A stretch of DNA of 64,000 nt, taken from Ranitomeya imitator (taxonomy: Eukaryota). The stretch spans positions 646,350,001 to 646,414,000 of the forward strand of contig NC_091285.1 in the NCBI RefSeq assembly GCF_032444005.1, read 5' to 3'. The translations under genes were made by a program, and so were the position numbers. This document shows positions 23,801 to 36,409 of the stretch, piece by piece; the stretch's first letter is position 1; each line of letters opens with the position of its first letter. Under the pieces are notes generated by a model. The model was not told the origin of the DNA, did no database searches, and saw only the letters and a list, made by a program, of their open reading frames with translations.

Positions 23801-26800
23801 GCGCTGGTTACACGGTGGAGGGGGGAGCGCTGGTTACTTGGGGGTTACTGGTTTCATGGGGGAGGGGCTCTGTTTGCATGAGTGAGGTAGTAACGCGGTG
23901 AAGGTGAGATAATTACTTTTATTTTTCTTTCCCATTGATTTTTCCTACTATTCCCAGCGTAGCGAGTGTTGGTTGTCTGGGCATGTTGGTACTTGTGGTT
24001 CCTATGATGTGTTCATCTGCTCTGCCCCGAGGCGGCCGTTGGATTCCACAAGCTGCATCTGTCCTGACCGGTTTCTTACCTCACAGAGCAGCTGCCGGCA
24101 GAGTCTGTGCGGTGAATCCCTCGCGGTGAATCCCTCGGTATCTCCTCCTGGCGCCTCCTCGCTGCTCCTCTGACCTACATCTTATTTCTTCCACCAGGAA
24201 ATAGACTCCTACATTGTGCAGGCCAAGGAGCGGAGCTACGAGTCGGTGGTCACGCTCGGGCGGAAAGGTCTGAACATAGCGGCTACCGCGGCCGTACAAG
24301 CCGCCACCAAGGTACCGACACTGGTGGGAAATGTGTTCTATGGCGGTGCCATAAGTGTGTACAGTGCAGGAAGAGGTTGGTACACAAAATGAGAATGCTT
24401 GGTCTGGGGGAAAATGTGTGTAAATGGGTTAGTAACTGGCTTAGTGATAGAAAGCAGAGGGTGGTTATAAATGGTATAGTCTCTAACTGGGTCGCTGTGA
24501 CCAGTGGGGTACCGCAGGGGTCAGTATTGGGACCTGTTCTCTTCAACATATTCATTAATGGTAGAAGGTTTACACAGTAAAATATCGATATTTGCAGATG
24601 ATACAAAACTATGTAAAGCAGTTAATACAAGAGAAGATAGTATTCTGCTACAGATGGATCTGGATAAGTTGGAAACTTGGGCTGAAAGGTGGCAGATGAG
24701 GTTTAACAATGATAAATGTAAGGTTATACACATGGGAAGAAGGAATCAATGTCACCATTACACACTGAATGGGAAACCACTGGGTAAATCTGACAGGGAG
24801 AAGGACTTGGGGATCCTAGTTAATGATAAACTTACCTGGAGCAGCCAGTGCCAGGCAGCAGCTGCCAAGGCAAACAGGATCATGGGGTGCATTAAAAGAG
24901 GTCTGGATACACATGATGAGAGCATTATACTGCCTCTGTACAAATCCCTAGTTAGACCGCACATGGAGTACTGTGTCCAGTTTTGGGCACCGGTGCTCAG
25001 GAAGGATATAATGGAACTAGAGAGAGTACAAAGGAGGGCAACAAAATTAATAAAGGGGATGGGAGAACTACAATACCCAGATAGATTAGCGAAATTAGGA
25101 TTATTTAGTCTAGAAAAAAGACGACTGAGGGGCGATCTAATAACCATGTATAAGTATATAAGGGACAATACAAATATCTCGCTGAGGATCTGTTTATACC
25201 AAGGAAGGTGACGGGCACAAGGGGGCATTCTTTGCGTCTGGAGGAAAGAAGGTTTTTCCACCAACATAGAAGAGGATTCTTTACTGTTAGGGCAGTGAGA
25301 ATCTGGAATTGCTTGCCTGAGGAGGTGGTGATGGCGAACTCAGTCGAGGGGTTCAAGAGAGGCCTGGATGTCTTCCTGGAGCAGAACAATATTGTATCAT
25401 ACAATTAGGTTCTGTAGAAGGACGTAGATCTGGGGATTTATTATGATGGAATATAGGCTGAACTGGATGGGCAAATGTCTTTTTTCGGCCTTACTAACTA
25501 TGTTACTATGTTACTATTACACGGAGCTGGAAATGTCTCTTCACCCCCCGCACCTGTGCAGGGAATTCGGGACCGATGGTTCCATCTATGAGAGCACTGC
25601 GGGGTATTAGGCGATGTCCCTGGCACTACAGAGGGGCACGTGACAGGAACACGGAATGAATAATGTCTGTATAATATATATGGGTTGATCTCTGTAGGGA
25701 CAAGGCGCGCTGGTCGGACGACTCCGCAGCTTCAGCATGCAGGATCTGAGGGATCTCCCAGATGACGCCCCCATACACTACAGAGATCCCCTGTACCCTG
25801 ATGCTGAGCTTCAACGCCGCCCTATTGGTGAGTTGTTGTATTTTTTTTTTGTAATCTATAAATGTTTGGGGGTTTTATTCTACCTAAAGGGGACAATTTA
25901 TTTTGGGGCTAAAAAAATCATTTTTGCTGGTTCGTTTAATTAATCTTTTTGCACCGCTTGCCTTCTACATCCTCCATGTTACTGTTTCTTGCCGGCTGCG
26001 GAATGAGCTAACTGAGACTCCATCAGTCAACTCGCTATGACCGTCTGACAGGGAGTTTGTGTTGTATCTGCCTGTTTCTGAGCTCCTCTCAGCTGATGCT
26101 AATGTGACGGGAAACAAATCTGCTGTAAAAGCTAAATTGTGCAAGATGTTTCATTAAACCCAGTTCCTAAATTATGGCTTGTTTGTTTTTTAGCCCCAAA
26201 TACATGGATTTAAGGAAAAACATTATTGTCCCCAAAGGTGGACAACCCGTGTAATGTCTGCAAACCCTTCTCCCCCAGGTTACACAACTCAGTCCCAAGT
26301 CGACAGTGACTCCATGGATGAAAGATGGTCCGACAATGAAAGCCGGACGTCGGCAAGAACCAGAGGGGGTCTACCACCCAAACCAATGCAGAGGAGCCAG
26401 AGTCTGAGGGTGTCTAAGAAGAAGACGCTAAGCAGAGAGGTGAGGGTTAATCCCGACCTGGCGGCGTAGGGAAATTATCACATGTATGAGGGCGGGATTT
26501 TTTCAGAACGAGTTGTACTTTTCAAATGGCACCATTCATTTTATCATGTGATGCACTGAAAAGCGGGGAAAAAATTCCAATTTTGGTGAAATTACAAAGA
26601 AAAAGTCCAGTTCCACAATTGTTTTTCGTTTGTGCAATACCACCTCAAAATCAGGGGGCCGGCATATGTCGGTAAAGGGGGGTGGGTGATTCCGCAGCAC
26701 CCATGGCGTCTGCATCAGTGGGTGATTCCGCAGCACCCATGGCGTCTGCATCAGTGGGTGATTCCGCAGCACCCATGGCGTCTGCATCGGTGGGTGATTC

Positions 26801-27567
26801 CGCAGCACCCATGGCGTCCGCATCGGTGGGTGATTCCGCAGCACCCATGGCGTCCGCATCGGTGGGTGATTCCGCAGCACCCGTGGCGTCTGCATCGGTG
26901 GGTGATTCCGCAGCACCCATGGCGTCCGCATCGGTGGGTGATTCCGCAGCACCCATGGCGTCTGCATCAGTGGGTGATTCCGCAGCACCCATGGCGTCTG
27001 CATCAGTGGGTGATTCCGCAGCACCCATGGCGTCTGCATCAGTGGGTGATTCCGCAGCACCCATGGCGTCTGCATCGGTGGGTGATTCCGCAGCACCCAT
27101 GGCGTCCGCATCGGTGGGTGATTCCGCAGCACCCATGGCGTCCGCATCGGTGGGTGATTCCGCAGCACCCATGGCGTCTGCATCGGTGGGTGATTCCGCA
27201 GCACCCATGGCGTCCGCATCGGTGGGTGATTCCGCAGCACCCATGGCGTCCGCATCGGTGGGTGATTCCGCAGCACCCATGGCGTCCGCATCGGTGGGTG
27301 ATTCCGCAGCACCCATGGCGTCCGCATCGGTGGGTGATTCCGCGGCACTGACATGGCGTCCGCATCTGTGCGTGATTCCGCGGCACTGACATGGCGTTCG
27401 CATCTGTGGGTGATTCAGTAGCACCTATGGCGTCCGCATCTGTGGGTGATTCTGCAGCACTGACATGGCGTCCGTCCTCACCACCTCTCCTCTCCTTACA
27501 GGCCTCTGTCCGGAGCAGCAAATCCCGAGCAAAGAAGAAGGTGGTGCAGTCTGAATCAGAAATGTGA
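16580..27567 (+). CDS. REEP4: Receptor expression-enhancing protein 4, 257 aa, 8 coding exons
   Basis: Exons 16580-16611, 19457-19529, 19992-20068, 21833-21953, 24198-24311, 25698-25827, 26279-26439, 27502-27567; all GT-AG with consistent phases, 774 nt. [45 protein letters not shown]..., [17 protein letters not shown]. Paralog assignment supported by the NUDT18/FHIP2B neighbours. Confidence 0.95.
16690..17205. mobile_element. PIF/Harbinger-type MITE in REEP4 intron 1
   Basis: TIR GGCCTCTTTCACACTTCAGT at both ends, TAA target duplication (16687-16689, 17206-17208), nine internal CGGATCCG palindromes. Confidence 0.85.
17745..18124. mobile_element. PIF/Harbinger-type MITE in REEP4 intron 1
   Basis: TIR GG(G/C)TA(A/T)GTTCACACAGGACTTTT, TTA duplication (17742-17744, 18125-18127). 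Confidence 0.8.
20317..21025. repeat. 25-bp minisatellite, about 28 identical copies (CACGCCCCCAGAGGATCCTGTGAGC), REEP4 intron 3
   Basis: Period 25 read directly; no variant units seen. Confidence 0.97.
22153..23837. repeat. 26-bp G-rich minisatellite, about 65 copies (ACACGGTGGAGGGGGGAGCGCTGGTT), REEP4 intron 4
   Basis: Period 26, with 25-bp (G5) and GCCC variants. Confidence 0.97.
24376..25516 (+). mobile_element. CR1 LINE 3' fragment in REEP4 intron 5
   Basis: [10 protein letters not shown] and FADDTKL, frameshifted RT C-terminus, 3' tail of repeated CTATGTTA. Confidence 0.9.
26682..27475. repeat. 36-bp minisatellite, about 22 copies (GTGGGTGATTCCGCAGCACCCATGGCGTCYGCATCR), REEP4 intron 7
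   Basis: Period 36 (26682, 26718); degenerates toward the exon 8 acceptor. Confidence 0.95.
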
Positions 27568-28558
27568 AGCCGGGTGGCCGCGATGGCCGACACGTCCTGG
27601 CGCCTACAAAGCTGAATACACTGAATTTTAGACCTCATTATATGTTCACGCTGGCTGTGCCTTATGGATTGTGGCTTCACAGCTCGTGTCTGATTGTGTA
27701 AATACCATGTGTCTGTAAGTATATGTGTCAGGGGGCTGCAGTCTGCACTACTCTCTCCTGTGGTCACCACGAGACCCCCATCATGTCTGGGCCGGACGCT
27801 CGGTATGTCCACAGGTTGGTTAGACAATCCTGGCTGCCTACTTCTATTAATCCAGGCGTCTGTATTGGCCACAAACTCTTGAGGGTCCGGAGTGTCGTCC
27901 TCTGGACTCAGGACTTTAATCCTTTTCTTACCCATGTGTCTTTTTTTTTTTTTTTGTTCTGGTTGTAGCCATGGTTCCTGCACAGGTACCTGCCTGATCT
28001 TTGGGCACAGGCGTACCCCCGGGGGATGGGGCGGCGTCTGTGTCTCCTGTCTGTATGTATGTGACCACATATAGTATATATGTGTACAGCCCCTAGGTAG
28101 GTATGTCCGGTGTATGTCACTGTTACACATCACCGCTGCGGTATAGTGCAATCTCGCGATCATATGCCTAATTCAGATCCTGCCTTAAAGGGTCGGTCTG
28201 GCGCCGTTCACGACTGGTCATTTCATGCCTGACGGCGATGCACGCGTCCCGGTGGGTATGGGCAGATGCAGCGTCTTCATCATCTGTTGCAGAAGTGAGC
28301 GGCGCCGGAGAAACCCCCTTTAAAGGTGTTTTCTCTTTATGGCACAGACCAGATCGTAGGTTACTGACCAGTGCCCACCATTTTGCCCGCTGGGTGATGG
28401 CCTGGCATTCACATTATCAGACTTTGCACACACGATGCACTAATTTATTTTAGCTTATAAAGTCTGTTCTTTTTACTTCTTCTATTCATTAAGATTATTG
28501 AGATTAAAAGATAATGTGTTTTTATCGATGATGAGGAAATAATCAATAGGGTCAGGAG

Positions 28559-28816
28559 TAGTGATGAGCGAGCATGCTCTAAGGTGTTATCTGAGCATGC
28601 TCTGGTGCTAACCGAGTGAGTTCGGCATGCTGGAGTAATATATGTTCGAGTCCCTGCGGCTCCGCAACAGCAGCAGCACATGCAGGGATTGTGTAGCAGC
28701 CATGAGACATGCAGCCGCAGGGACTCAAACATATTATTGGAGCACGCCGAAGACACTCTGATAGCACCCGAGCATGCTCAGATAACACCTTATCCCAGCA
28801 CGTTTGCTCTTCGCTT
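28559..28816. mobile_element. Degenerate hAT-like MITE
   Basis: Starts TAGTGATGAGCGAGCA; internal inverted GGTGTTATCTGAGCATGCTC / GAGCATGCTCAGATAACACC; right TIR decayed. Confidence 0.45.
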
Positions 28817-31152
28817 GTTAGGAACGACGCATAAAATCTGTTTTTACCTCTTGTAAAATGTTTTTTTGCTAAACCAAAACTTTTTTAACGGCTGTATGGA
28901 TTGAAAAAAACAAACAAACTAAGCTGCAATAACCAAAGCGGCCACTAGGGGGAAAAAGAAAAAAAAAACAATACAGGCAGCGGGGGAGTTTTTAATGCCA
29001 GAAGTGGATTAGAATCCATGCTTTATATTTCACAGATCCACTTGTTGCTTCAGAATCTTTATAAAACAAAAAAACGCAAAAGTGTTTCTGGAAACAAAAA
29101 AAAAAAAGCGTTGCCCCTCCTAGGCAAGAGAGGTGCAATTTATTTAAGAAAGCAGCCATGTTTTTTTTTTTGTTTTGTTTTTTTTTCCCTTTAAGTGTAT
29201 CTCTGATTTAGAGAAATACAGGGTAAATATTAAGGCGTCGTATTATATGATGTCTAATTATATAGGTCTGTCACAGTCTACAGGGCGGGTGCGAGGACCC
29301 CCATGTCCAGATGTTGCATTTGTAGCCCCCTCCGCATACTGATAGCTTTTGCAAAGATCGGATGTGCCAGTCATGAGATATTTGGCATAGAAGCAATATG
29401 CAAATCAGGCTGGCTGTGCACTGGGGGCGGGGCAATGCACATAAGCAGCATCTTCCAAGTGCGTTGACATGCCCCCTTGCACCTCATTGCTTATTTGCAT
29501 ACAGCTTCTACACTGAGATCCTGGTGTGGGGTCTGTAATGCGCCCCCATTAATATGGGTGAAGGCGCCCCATTGTGGTAGATGGCTGATAACTGTGCCCA
29601 CCATCCTCTATAATGGAGAGTGACCACCCAGAGCCTCTGGAACAATGGGGGTCCGCACAGTCCTGCCCTCCTTAGTCACCCATACAGAAATCTTGTCCCC
29701 TTATGCAGCTTTTACCCCCCCAAAATTAGAAGTGGGGAACAAGGGAAACCGCCTTAAGTATTTTGTGCCTTGATGTCTTGAACTAATGCGTTGTCGTCTT
29801 GGAGAAATCCTCCGAGCCATCGTCTTACACTGAAGACCAAAAACTAGCAGGATCTCCAGCAAATGCGTCCTCGGGGCGTCCACGTCATAAAGTGATGGCG
29901 TGCGGAGGCGGAGCGAGGTACAAGGACTAAGACATTACCAAAGAGCCTCCATGCAGCGGCCTCTCGGGATTTGCCTGGAGCGCCCCTTTAATTTCTTACG
30001 TTGGCGGAGGCCATATTGGTGATCATTCGGCTGTCGTAGCCATGTAGGACCTATAGCCGATGCCATCCTCGCTGGCGGGGGGCTCGGGATGGCGCTCGTG
30101 GGTAGATATGTCTGCACTTGTTCTTTGTCCGGCTGACTTCTCATCCCCCCCGCGATGCCGGAGACGACACAACGCGGCTTTGTCTCTGTCACATGTCCGC
30201 TCTGTAACAGGAATCGTTATGGGGCCACTTACACATTCCCCAAAGAGCAACTCCACTGCTGGGGAACGGAGGATTTTTATTTTATCTATTTTTTTTTTTT
30301 TTTAACAAGTGCCAATGTCCTCCACCGAACAAAGTGTCCTTATGTCGCGTGCCTGCCCTCCGATCTCCGGGGACCTCGCCTCAGTGCCTTACCTCCTTTT
30401 ATATGTATTTGCTAGTCTGTCCTGTTTGGTTTTTTGTTGTTTTTTTTTTTTTTTATATATCTCAGAAAATTAAACTTTTGTTTTTGCCTATATTGTGGTC
30501 CGTGTGTCTTTTTTGGTGGGATAGGAGCCTTTTGTTAAACGTCACCCTGAATGGGGCTTTAAATATTAGTAGCCCTTAGGATTGGCCAGCAAAGTGTTAT
30601 GAGTGGGGTCCGACCCATTAATTTAATTTTTTTTTTTTTTTTTTAATTTAATTCTGAGGGGGGAAAAAATACTTTAGCAGCAAAATGCTCTCTTGCTTCT
30701 CCGTCTTTCTGGGGGGAGGTTTTTTCCCAGTGATTGACTGTTCGGGCCAGCGGCAGGGCTGAGCATCTGTCCCAAAATGTGTGATGTCGCATGTGTAAGA
30801 CGAGGAGCACAAGGGCAGTGAGGAGGGTGAGATCCAGTGATCCGGAGCACGCTCTCATCCCTACTAAACGCTCTGCCCCTTTTTTCTGCCACCACTGATA
30901 AATGTGGCTGGTAACCTTGACAGTGAACAGCATTCTATAGAACAATAGAATTATTTATTTTTTTAAATTACTTTTTTTTTTTAGGATTTTTTGTTTTATT
31001 TGCTTCAAATTCTTTGAAATAACACACGGCGGGTGATGAATTTGGTGTTTGCCCATCAGGTTAAATTAATTCTATATACAGGGTGGTCCAAAAGTAGATG
31101 GACAGAAAATAATAACATTTATTTTGATTTATCTATAAAATTATATGTACTA

Positions 31153-32854
31153 TAATCGGGCACGTATTTTATATACAACATTAAGTAGATCTAAACTGAC
31201 AGGTGGATTGGGTCTCCCGGATCTCGCGATTTATAGTTATGCATCAATGGGAACTTGTATCCTAGACCTTTATCACAGTAAAAATAGCAAAAAGTGGGTA
31301 AACCTAGAAAACGATCTTAACGGATGCGACTCCCAAGTTGTTCTTTGGACAGGAGGCAAGGGGCTAGGACCAGGCATCTACATACCTTTCCTCACGCGAA
31401 ACATATTGCAGCTTATTAAAAACCGAAACAAGGACCTTCAGATCACAACTCTCCCGGGCCCCTTAATTCCAATCTATGACAATTCTGCTTTTCCGGCGGG
31501 GCTGAATAGAGAGACATATCTAAATAAGAGAAAAGATTCAAAACCCATCATCCACGACTACTTAAAAGAAACTGGGATGAAGTCCCTTCGGGAACTATTC
31601 CCAGAAGAGGAATCATACTCTGTTGATTGGTTCTTCTATGAACAACTAAGAAGTTATATCCACTCAATCTCTAAACAAACCAATATCAGCAGGCCGCTAA
31701 CTCCCTTTGAGATGCTTTGCATGTCAGCAAGCCCCCCCGGATCATACTGTCTCGCTGCTATATAAAATCTTCCAAGAGGGGAGGGCTCCGCTGCAGGGTT
31801 GGCCAATGTTTTTCTCGAAATGGGAGGGTGATCTGGGAAGACCCTTGTCATCTGAAGATAGGGGAAAATTCTTCTCTTCTCGTCCAGATCGTCATTATGC
31901 GCGGTATCACAGGAGAGGAGCTATAAGATTCTAGCAAGATGGTATAGATGCCCCTCCATGGTGCATGCGGTATTCCCCACGACTCCTGACACCTGCTGGA
32001 GATGTCTAAAGGAGATAGGCTCTTACATGCATATCTGGTGGGACTGCCCCCCCATAAAGGATTTGTGGTTGGCCGTCTTTGAACTTCATAATAGGATCTC
32101 TATCACACAGATCCAACCCTCAGCAAGTCTAGCATTGTTGTCTTTGTGTAACCTGTCGATATCTAGGTTCAAGAGGGGCATCCTCAGACACTTTCTTACT
32201 GCAGTCAGGAATCTAATCCCACATTTTTGGAAACAAGAAAAATTCCCTTCCCGTGCGGAATTTGTGGCAGAACTTAATGACATTTATAGAATGGAGCAGC
32301 TGATAAATCAGTCTACAGGTAATGCGGAAAAAACCTACAACACATGGGCTCCCTGGATTGCTTTTAGGGAAACCTCTGAATTAGATCGCTGGATTTCCAG
32401 AACTTGACGCATTATGTAACACATTCGCGTGCACTCTCGAGCCGTTTCTCGACCTGCGCTCTGGCCGCTGGAGCGGGTTGGCAGCCACACTTTTTTCCCA
32501 CATTCCCTACTCCCCCATCCACTCCTCTCCTTCTTTCTACCCCTCTTTCTTTCCCTTATCTTACTTTGTGTGTCTTCCTCTTACCCAGTTTGAACATATA
32601 TTATACTGTCAAATGATTACAAAGAAATGTAATAATGGCTATCTACTATCCCAGCTGTTTTTTATTATTAACTACTCATAATTTTGGGATAACCAACAAC
32701 ATTATTTACCAGAAAGTTGAATTACAAGACCTAAACGTTGTCACAATGCCTTACTTGACTTACTTGTAACCATTGTTTATCATTGCACTGATTTACTAGT
32801 TTGTATTGTTTACCTTTACTCTTTATTGCAATGACCAATAAAAATGATTTATAC
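31153..32854 (+). mobile_element. L1-clade LINE, 5'-truncated 3' fragment
   Basis: GGLGLPDL and CWRC...HIWWDC motifs, AATAAA near the end, 16-bp target duplication AAAATTATATGTACTA (31137-31152) / AAAATTGTATGTACTA (32855-32870). Confidence 0.85.
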
Positions 32855-33463
32855 AAAATTGTATGTACTAACACAAGTATAACATTGACAATTCAATTTT
32901 ATTCCGAACAATAATACAAAAGCTGTTGAATTTTATCAAACTGTTTTCCATCACAATTTGCACAGCTTTGAAGTCTGCCTCTTACGCTTCGACAAACCTA
33001 TTTGCACAAGTCTCTTTGGGTATTAATTTCTTGAAATGCATCTCTTATGTAATTTTTCAAATCACTGACACTTTTTGGTTTTCGACTATAAACTTTGTCC
33101 TTGAGTACTCCCCAAAAGAAAAAATCCATTGGGGTCAAGTCTGGTGAATGTGGCGGCCAATCCATTTATTAGGAAATGTTTCATCAAGATACTCGCGGAC
33201 GACTCTTGAATAATGTGGAGGGTCCCATCTTGGTGGAAATAAAGGATATTTGAATTAGGCTGTTGCTGTAACTGGGGAACAACTTGATTCATTAGAATTT
33301 CGAGATACTTATCTCCTGTGACTGTTCCATAAATGAAAAATGGTCCAAAAACACCAAAACTTGTAATACCACCCCAAACATTGACACCAGGCTCATTTAG
33401 TTGTTGCTCTAATGTTAAATACATGTTCTCATTATACCAGTAAATAACAATTCTGTCTGTTAA

Positions 33464-34331
33464 AGGGAACCTGTCACCCCGTTTTTTCAGATTGAGATAA
33501 AAATACTGTTAAATAGGGCCTGCGCTGTGCGTTACAATAGTGTATGTAGTGTACCCTGATTCCCCACCTATGCTGCGAAATACATTACCAAAGTCGCCGT
33601 TTTCGCCTGTCAATCAGACTGGTCGGGTGGGCGTGGGCACAGCGCTGTTTCTTCCTCAGCTTTACGTTGGTGGCGTAGTGGTGTGCGCATGTCGCAGTGA
33701 CGATTCCACTGCGCGCACGTGAAGAAGCAGCGCGCGATCTGCGCTATTACCCCCTGTCATCGGTGGGGGTGGCCATCTTCCTGGGGCCGCGCGTGCGCAG
33801 ATGGAGTGCTCTGCTGCACGGGGCTTCAGGAAAATGGCCGCGGGATGCCGCGCATGCGCAGAAGAGATCGCTGCGGCCATTTTCCCAAAGCCGAGATGCA
33901 AACTCGGCTTTGGGAAAATGGCTGCCGCGATATCTTCTGCGCACGCGCGGCATCCCGCGGCCATTTTCCTGAAGCCCCGTGCAGCAGAGCACTCTATCTG
34001 CGCACACGCGGCCCCAGGAAGATGGCCGCCCCCACCTATGACGGGGTAATAGCGCAGATCGCGCGCTGCTTCTTCACGTGCGCGCAGTGGAATCGTCACT
34101 TCGACATGCGCACACCACTACGCCACCAACGTAAAGCTGAGGAAGAAACAGCGCTATGCCCACCCGACCTGACCAGCCTGATTGACAGGCGAAAACGGTG
34201 ACTTTGGTAATGTATTTCGCAGCATAGGTGGGGAATCAGGGTACACTACATACACTATTGTAACGCACAGCGCAGGCCCTATTTAACAGTATTTTTATCT
34301 CAATCTGAAAAAGCGGGGTGACAGGTTCCCT
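33464..34331. mobile_element. T2/Kolobok-type MITE, 868-bp near-perfect palindrome
   Basis: TIR AGGGAACCTGTCACCCC, TTAA duplication (33460-33463, 34332-34335), arms symmetric about 33897. Confidence 0.88.
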
Positions 34332-34680
34332 TTAATATGGCCAGATAATCACTCCACACAATGTTCTCTAAAATTACTGGATTTTCTTCCATTTCGTGAA
34401 GCATAATCTCAGTAAATTGCAGCCGCCTGTCTGGATCCAATAACCCATGAAATAGACGTGGACGATAAGCTTCCACTCAATAGATTTCGGGATTCGCATG
34501 ATGGAAGCTCGTGGAATTCCCAATTCTTTGGGGCTCGAGGACCAAATGTTTCAACCCAATTTGCTCTAACTGTTTCAGCATTTTGAGTTTTCCAATACTC
34601 GTTTAAAATCCATTTTCTTTGATCTGTATTTAAATTATTTGCCGTTATGGGTTATCTGAATGATCTGAAAACAGATTTTG

Positions 34681-34856
34681 GGGGGAGATTTATCTGTGAC
34701 AACTGGATCTATGAAACTGACTCGGTTGCCCTTAGCAACCAGTCAGATTCCACCTTTCATTTTTCAAAGAGCCTGTGAAGAATGAAAAGTGGAATCTGAT
34801 TGGTTGCTAAGGGCAACTGAGTCACTTTCACTTTACCTCATGTTTGATAAATCTCT
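34681..34856. mobile_element. Short MITE
   Basis: Ends GGAGATTTATC / GATAAATCTC; internal inverted TTGCCCTTAGCAACC / GGTTGCTAAGGGCAA. Confidence 0.55.
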
Positions 34857-35990
34857 TCATAACCCTATTACACATACTGTCCACATACTTTTGGACCAGT
34901 GTGTGTGTATAAAAAAAAAAAAAATTATTATTCTTAACCGGGGAAAAGGAGGTGATTTTTATTTATTTTTTTTTGTAGATTTTAAAAACTGATAACCACT
35001 TGATTATGTCTGATATTCCCGGCTACCAATCTGTGTTTTTTTGTATGGAACTTTTACAAATGGTAAATGTTAGTGTTTACTGCCGAGGAGCTAAACCTGC
35101 TGAGCCGGTAATGATTGCCGTACCGAGGCCGCCTGCAATATGGCAGCTGCAGGTGACTGGCATCAGCCGCCCAGGGGGAAAGTGCATGAGATGTTAATAT
35201 GTTACTTTTAGGTGACCGATGTGAACTTCTTTTGACTTTTGTAAAAAAAAAAAAAAAAAAAAAGAGGTTCTGCAGCAGATGAGGTCTGCACATGATTCCA
35301 CACTGTGGCCTGTGTTACTACTGCGCCATTCGTTTCCATGAGGCCGCAGTCTCCATTGTAGCGTAACTTATATTTGCCTCCTGTGCACTTTCGTCTCTGT
35401 TGTTCTCCCCCTGCGGATACCTGTGAGTCACCGGTCTAAGAACGGTAATATTACAGGGGTTTTCTGGTTTAAAGTTGCAGTTGTTTAAAAGAAAACATAT
35501 TTCTTTCTCACCCTCCCCGGGTCCAACACTGAGTTCCTGCTGCTACTCCCGGTCCTGCTGACAGCACTGCAGCCAATCGGTGATCGCAGCAGCTCGTTCC
35601 CATCCCACCGCGTTCAGCGCTGAGACATTACACACCAGCAGTAGTGGAGATTCAGTGCTGGACCTGGTGACGGTGAGTAGAGCACAGTGGTTTTTTTTTT
35701 TTTTAACTGCAGCCGGTGTGCAGGCCTTTCTCTAAAACCAGAAAGCCTTTTAAGGCTGCTGCACCCTTGGTGATTTTTTCCGACACCCCATGTACAGTCC
35801 GTTCAGCCCAGCACGCACGACTTCTCATTGTGGACTGAGCACTGACACCACTGCGGCCGCGGCTCATTTATAGAAGAAATAATCCGGTGTGTTTACATAC
35901 AATGTTCTGATCCTTCTTTCCTCGACATTTGCCGTCTGGTGAGATGCGGGTACCTCCATAAACACTGAATAGGTGACGGGTTCTGAGTAA

Positions 35991-36311
35991 GGGTATGTGC
36001 ACACGTTGTGGATTTCCTGCGGATCCGCAGCGGTTTTTACCGTGCAGAAAAGCAGATCCGCAAGGGATTTACAGTACAATGTAAATCAATAGGAAAAAAA
36101 ACCCGCTGTGCTAATGGTGCGGAAACGCTGCGGATTAAAAGTAGCATGTCACTACTTTTTTGCGGATCTGCAGCGCTTTTGTACCCATTCCATTATAGAA
36201 ATCCGCACAGAATGCTGTAAATCCGCACAAAAACGCATCAAATCCACACCTGCGTTTTCTGCCAAGAGATGCAGAATCTGCACAAAAAATTCCAGAGGCA
36301 AATCCGCAACG
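35991..36311. mobile_element. Truncated Harbinger-type MITE
   Basis: TAA|GGGTATGTGCACACG start resembling the TIR family at 17745; right TIR missing. Confidence 0.5.
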
Positions 36312-36409
36312 TCAGCGGGTGCAGCCGGCATCTATCCGCACCCAGGCTTGGTAAGCCGAGCTGGGAGGTCGGTGGGATGTCCTAGTCTCAACTGTATCTG
36401 TGTCCTTGG

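Larger units (their letters stand above)
31079..34640 (-). mobile_element. Tc1/mariner remnant of DD41D (rosa/Visitor)-type, carrying an L1 and a T2 MITE
   Basis: TA|CAGGGTGGTCC end at 31077; frameshifted QDG.PPHY..VREYLDETFPNKWIGR...SPDLTPMDFFFWGVLKDKVY (33060-33240); upstream part DPDRRLQFTEIM resumes after 34335. Right end approximate. Confidence 0.65.

Noticed and set aside
20180-27424. Repetitive ORFs at 20.2-21.1, 22.1-23.9 and 26.5-27.4 kb
   Set aside because: All lie in REEP4 introns and are explained by the 25-, 26- and 36-bp arrays.
28339-28359. ATGGCACAG start resembling HRURF (MAQ...)
   Set aside because: Stops after 6 codons (MAQTRS); probably REEP4 3' UTR.
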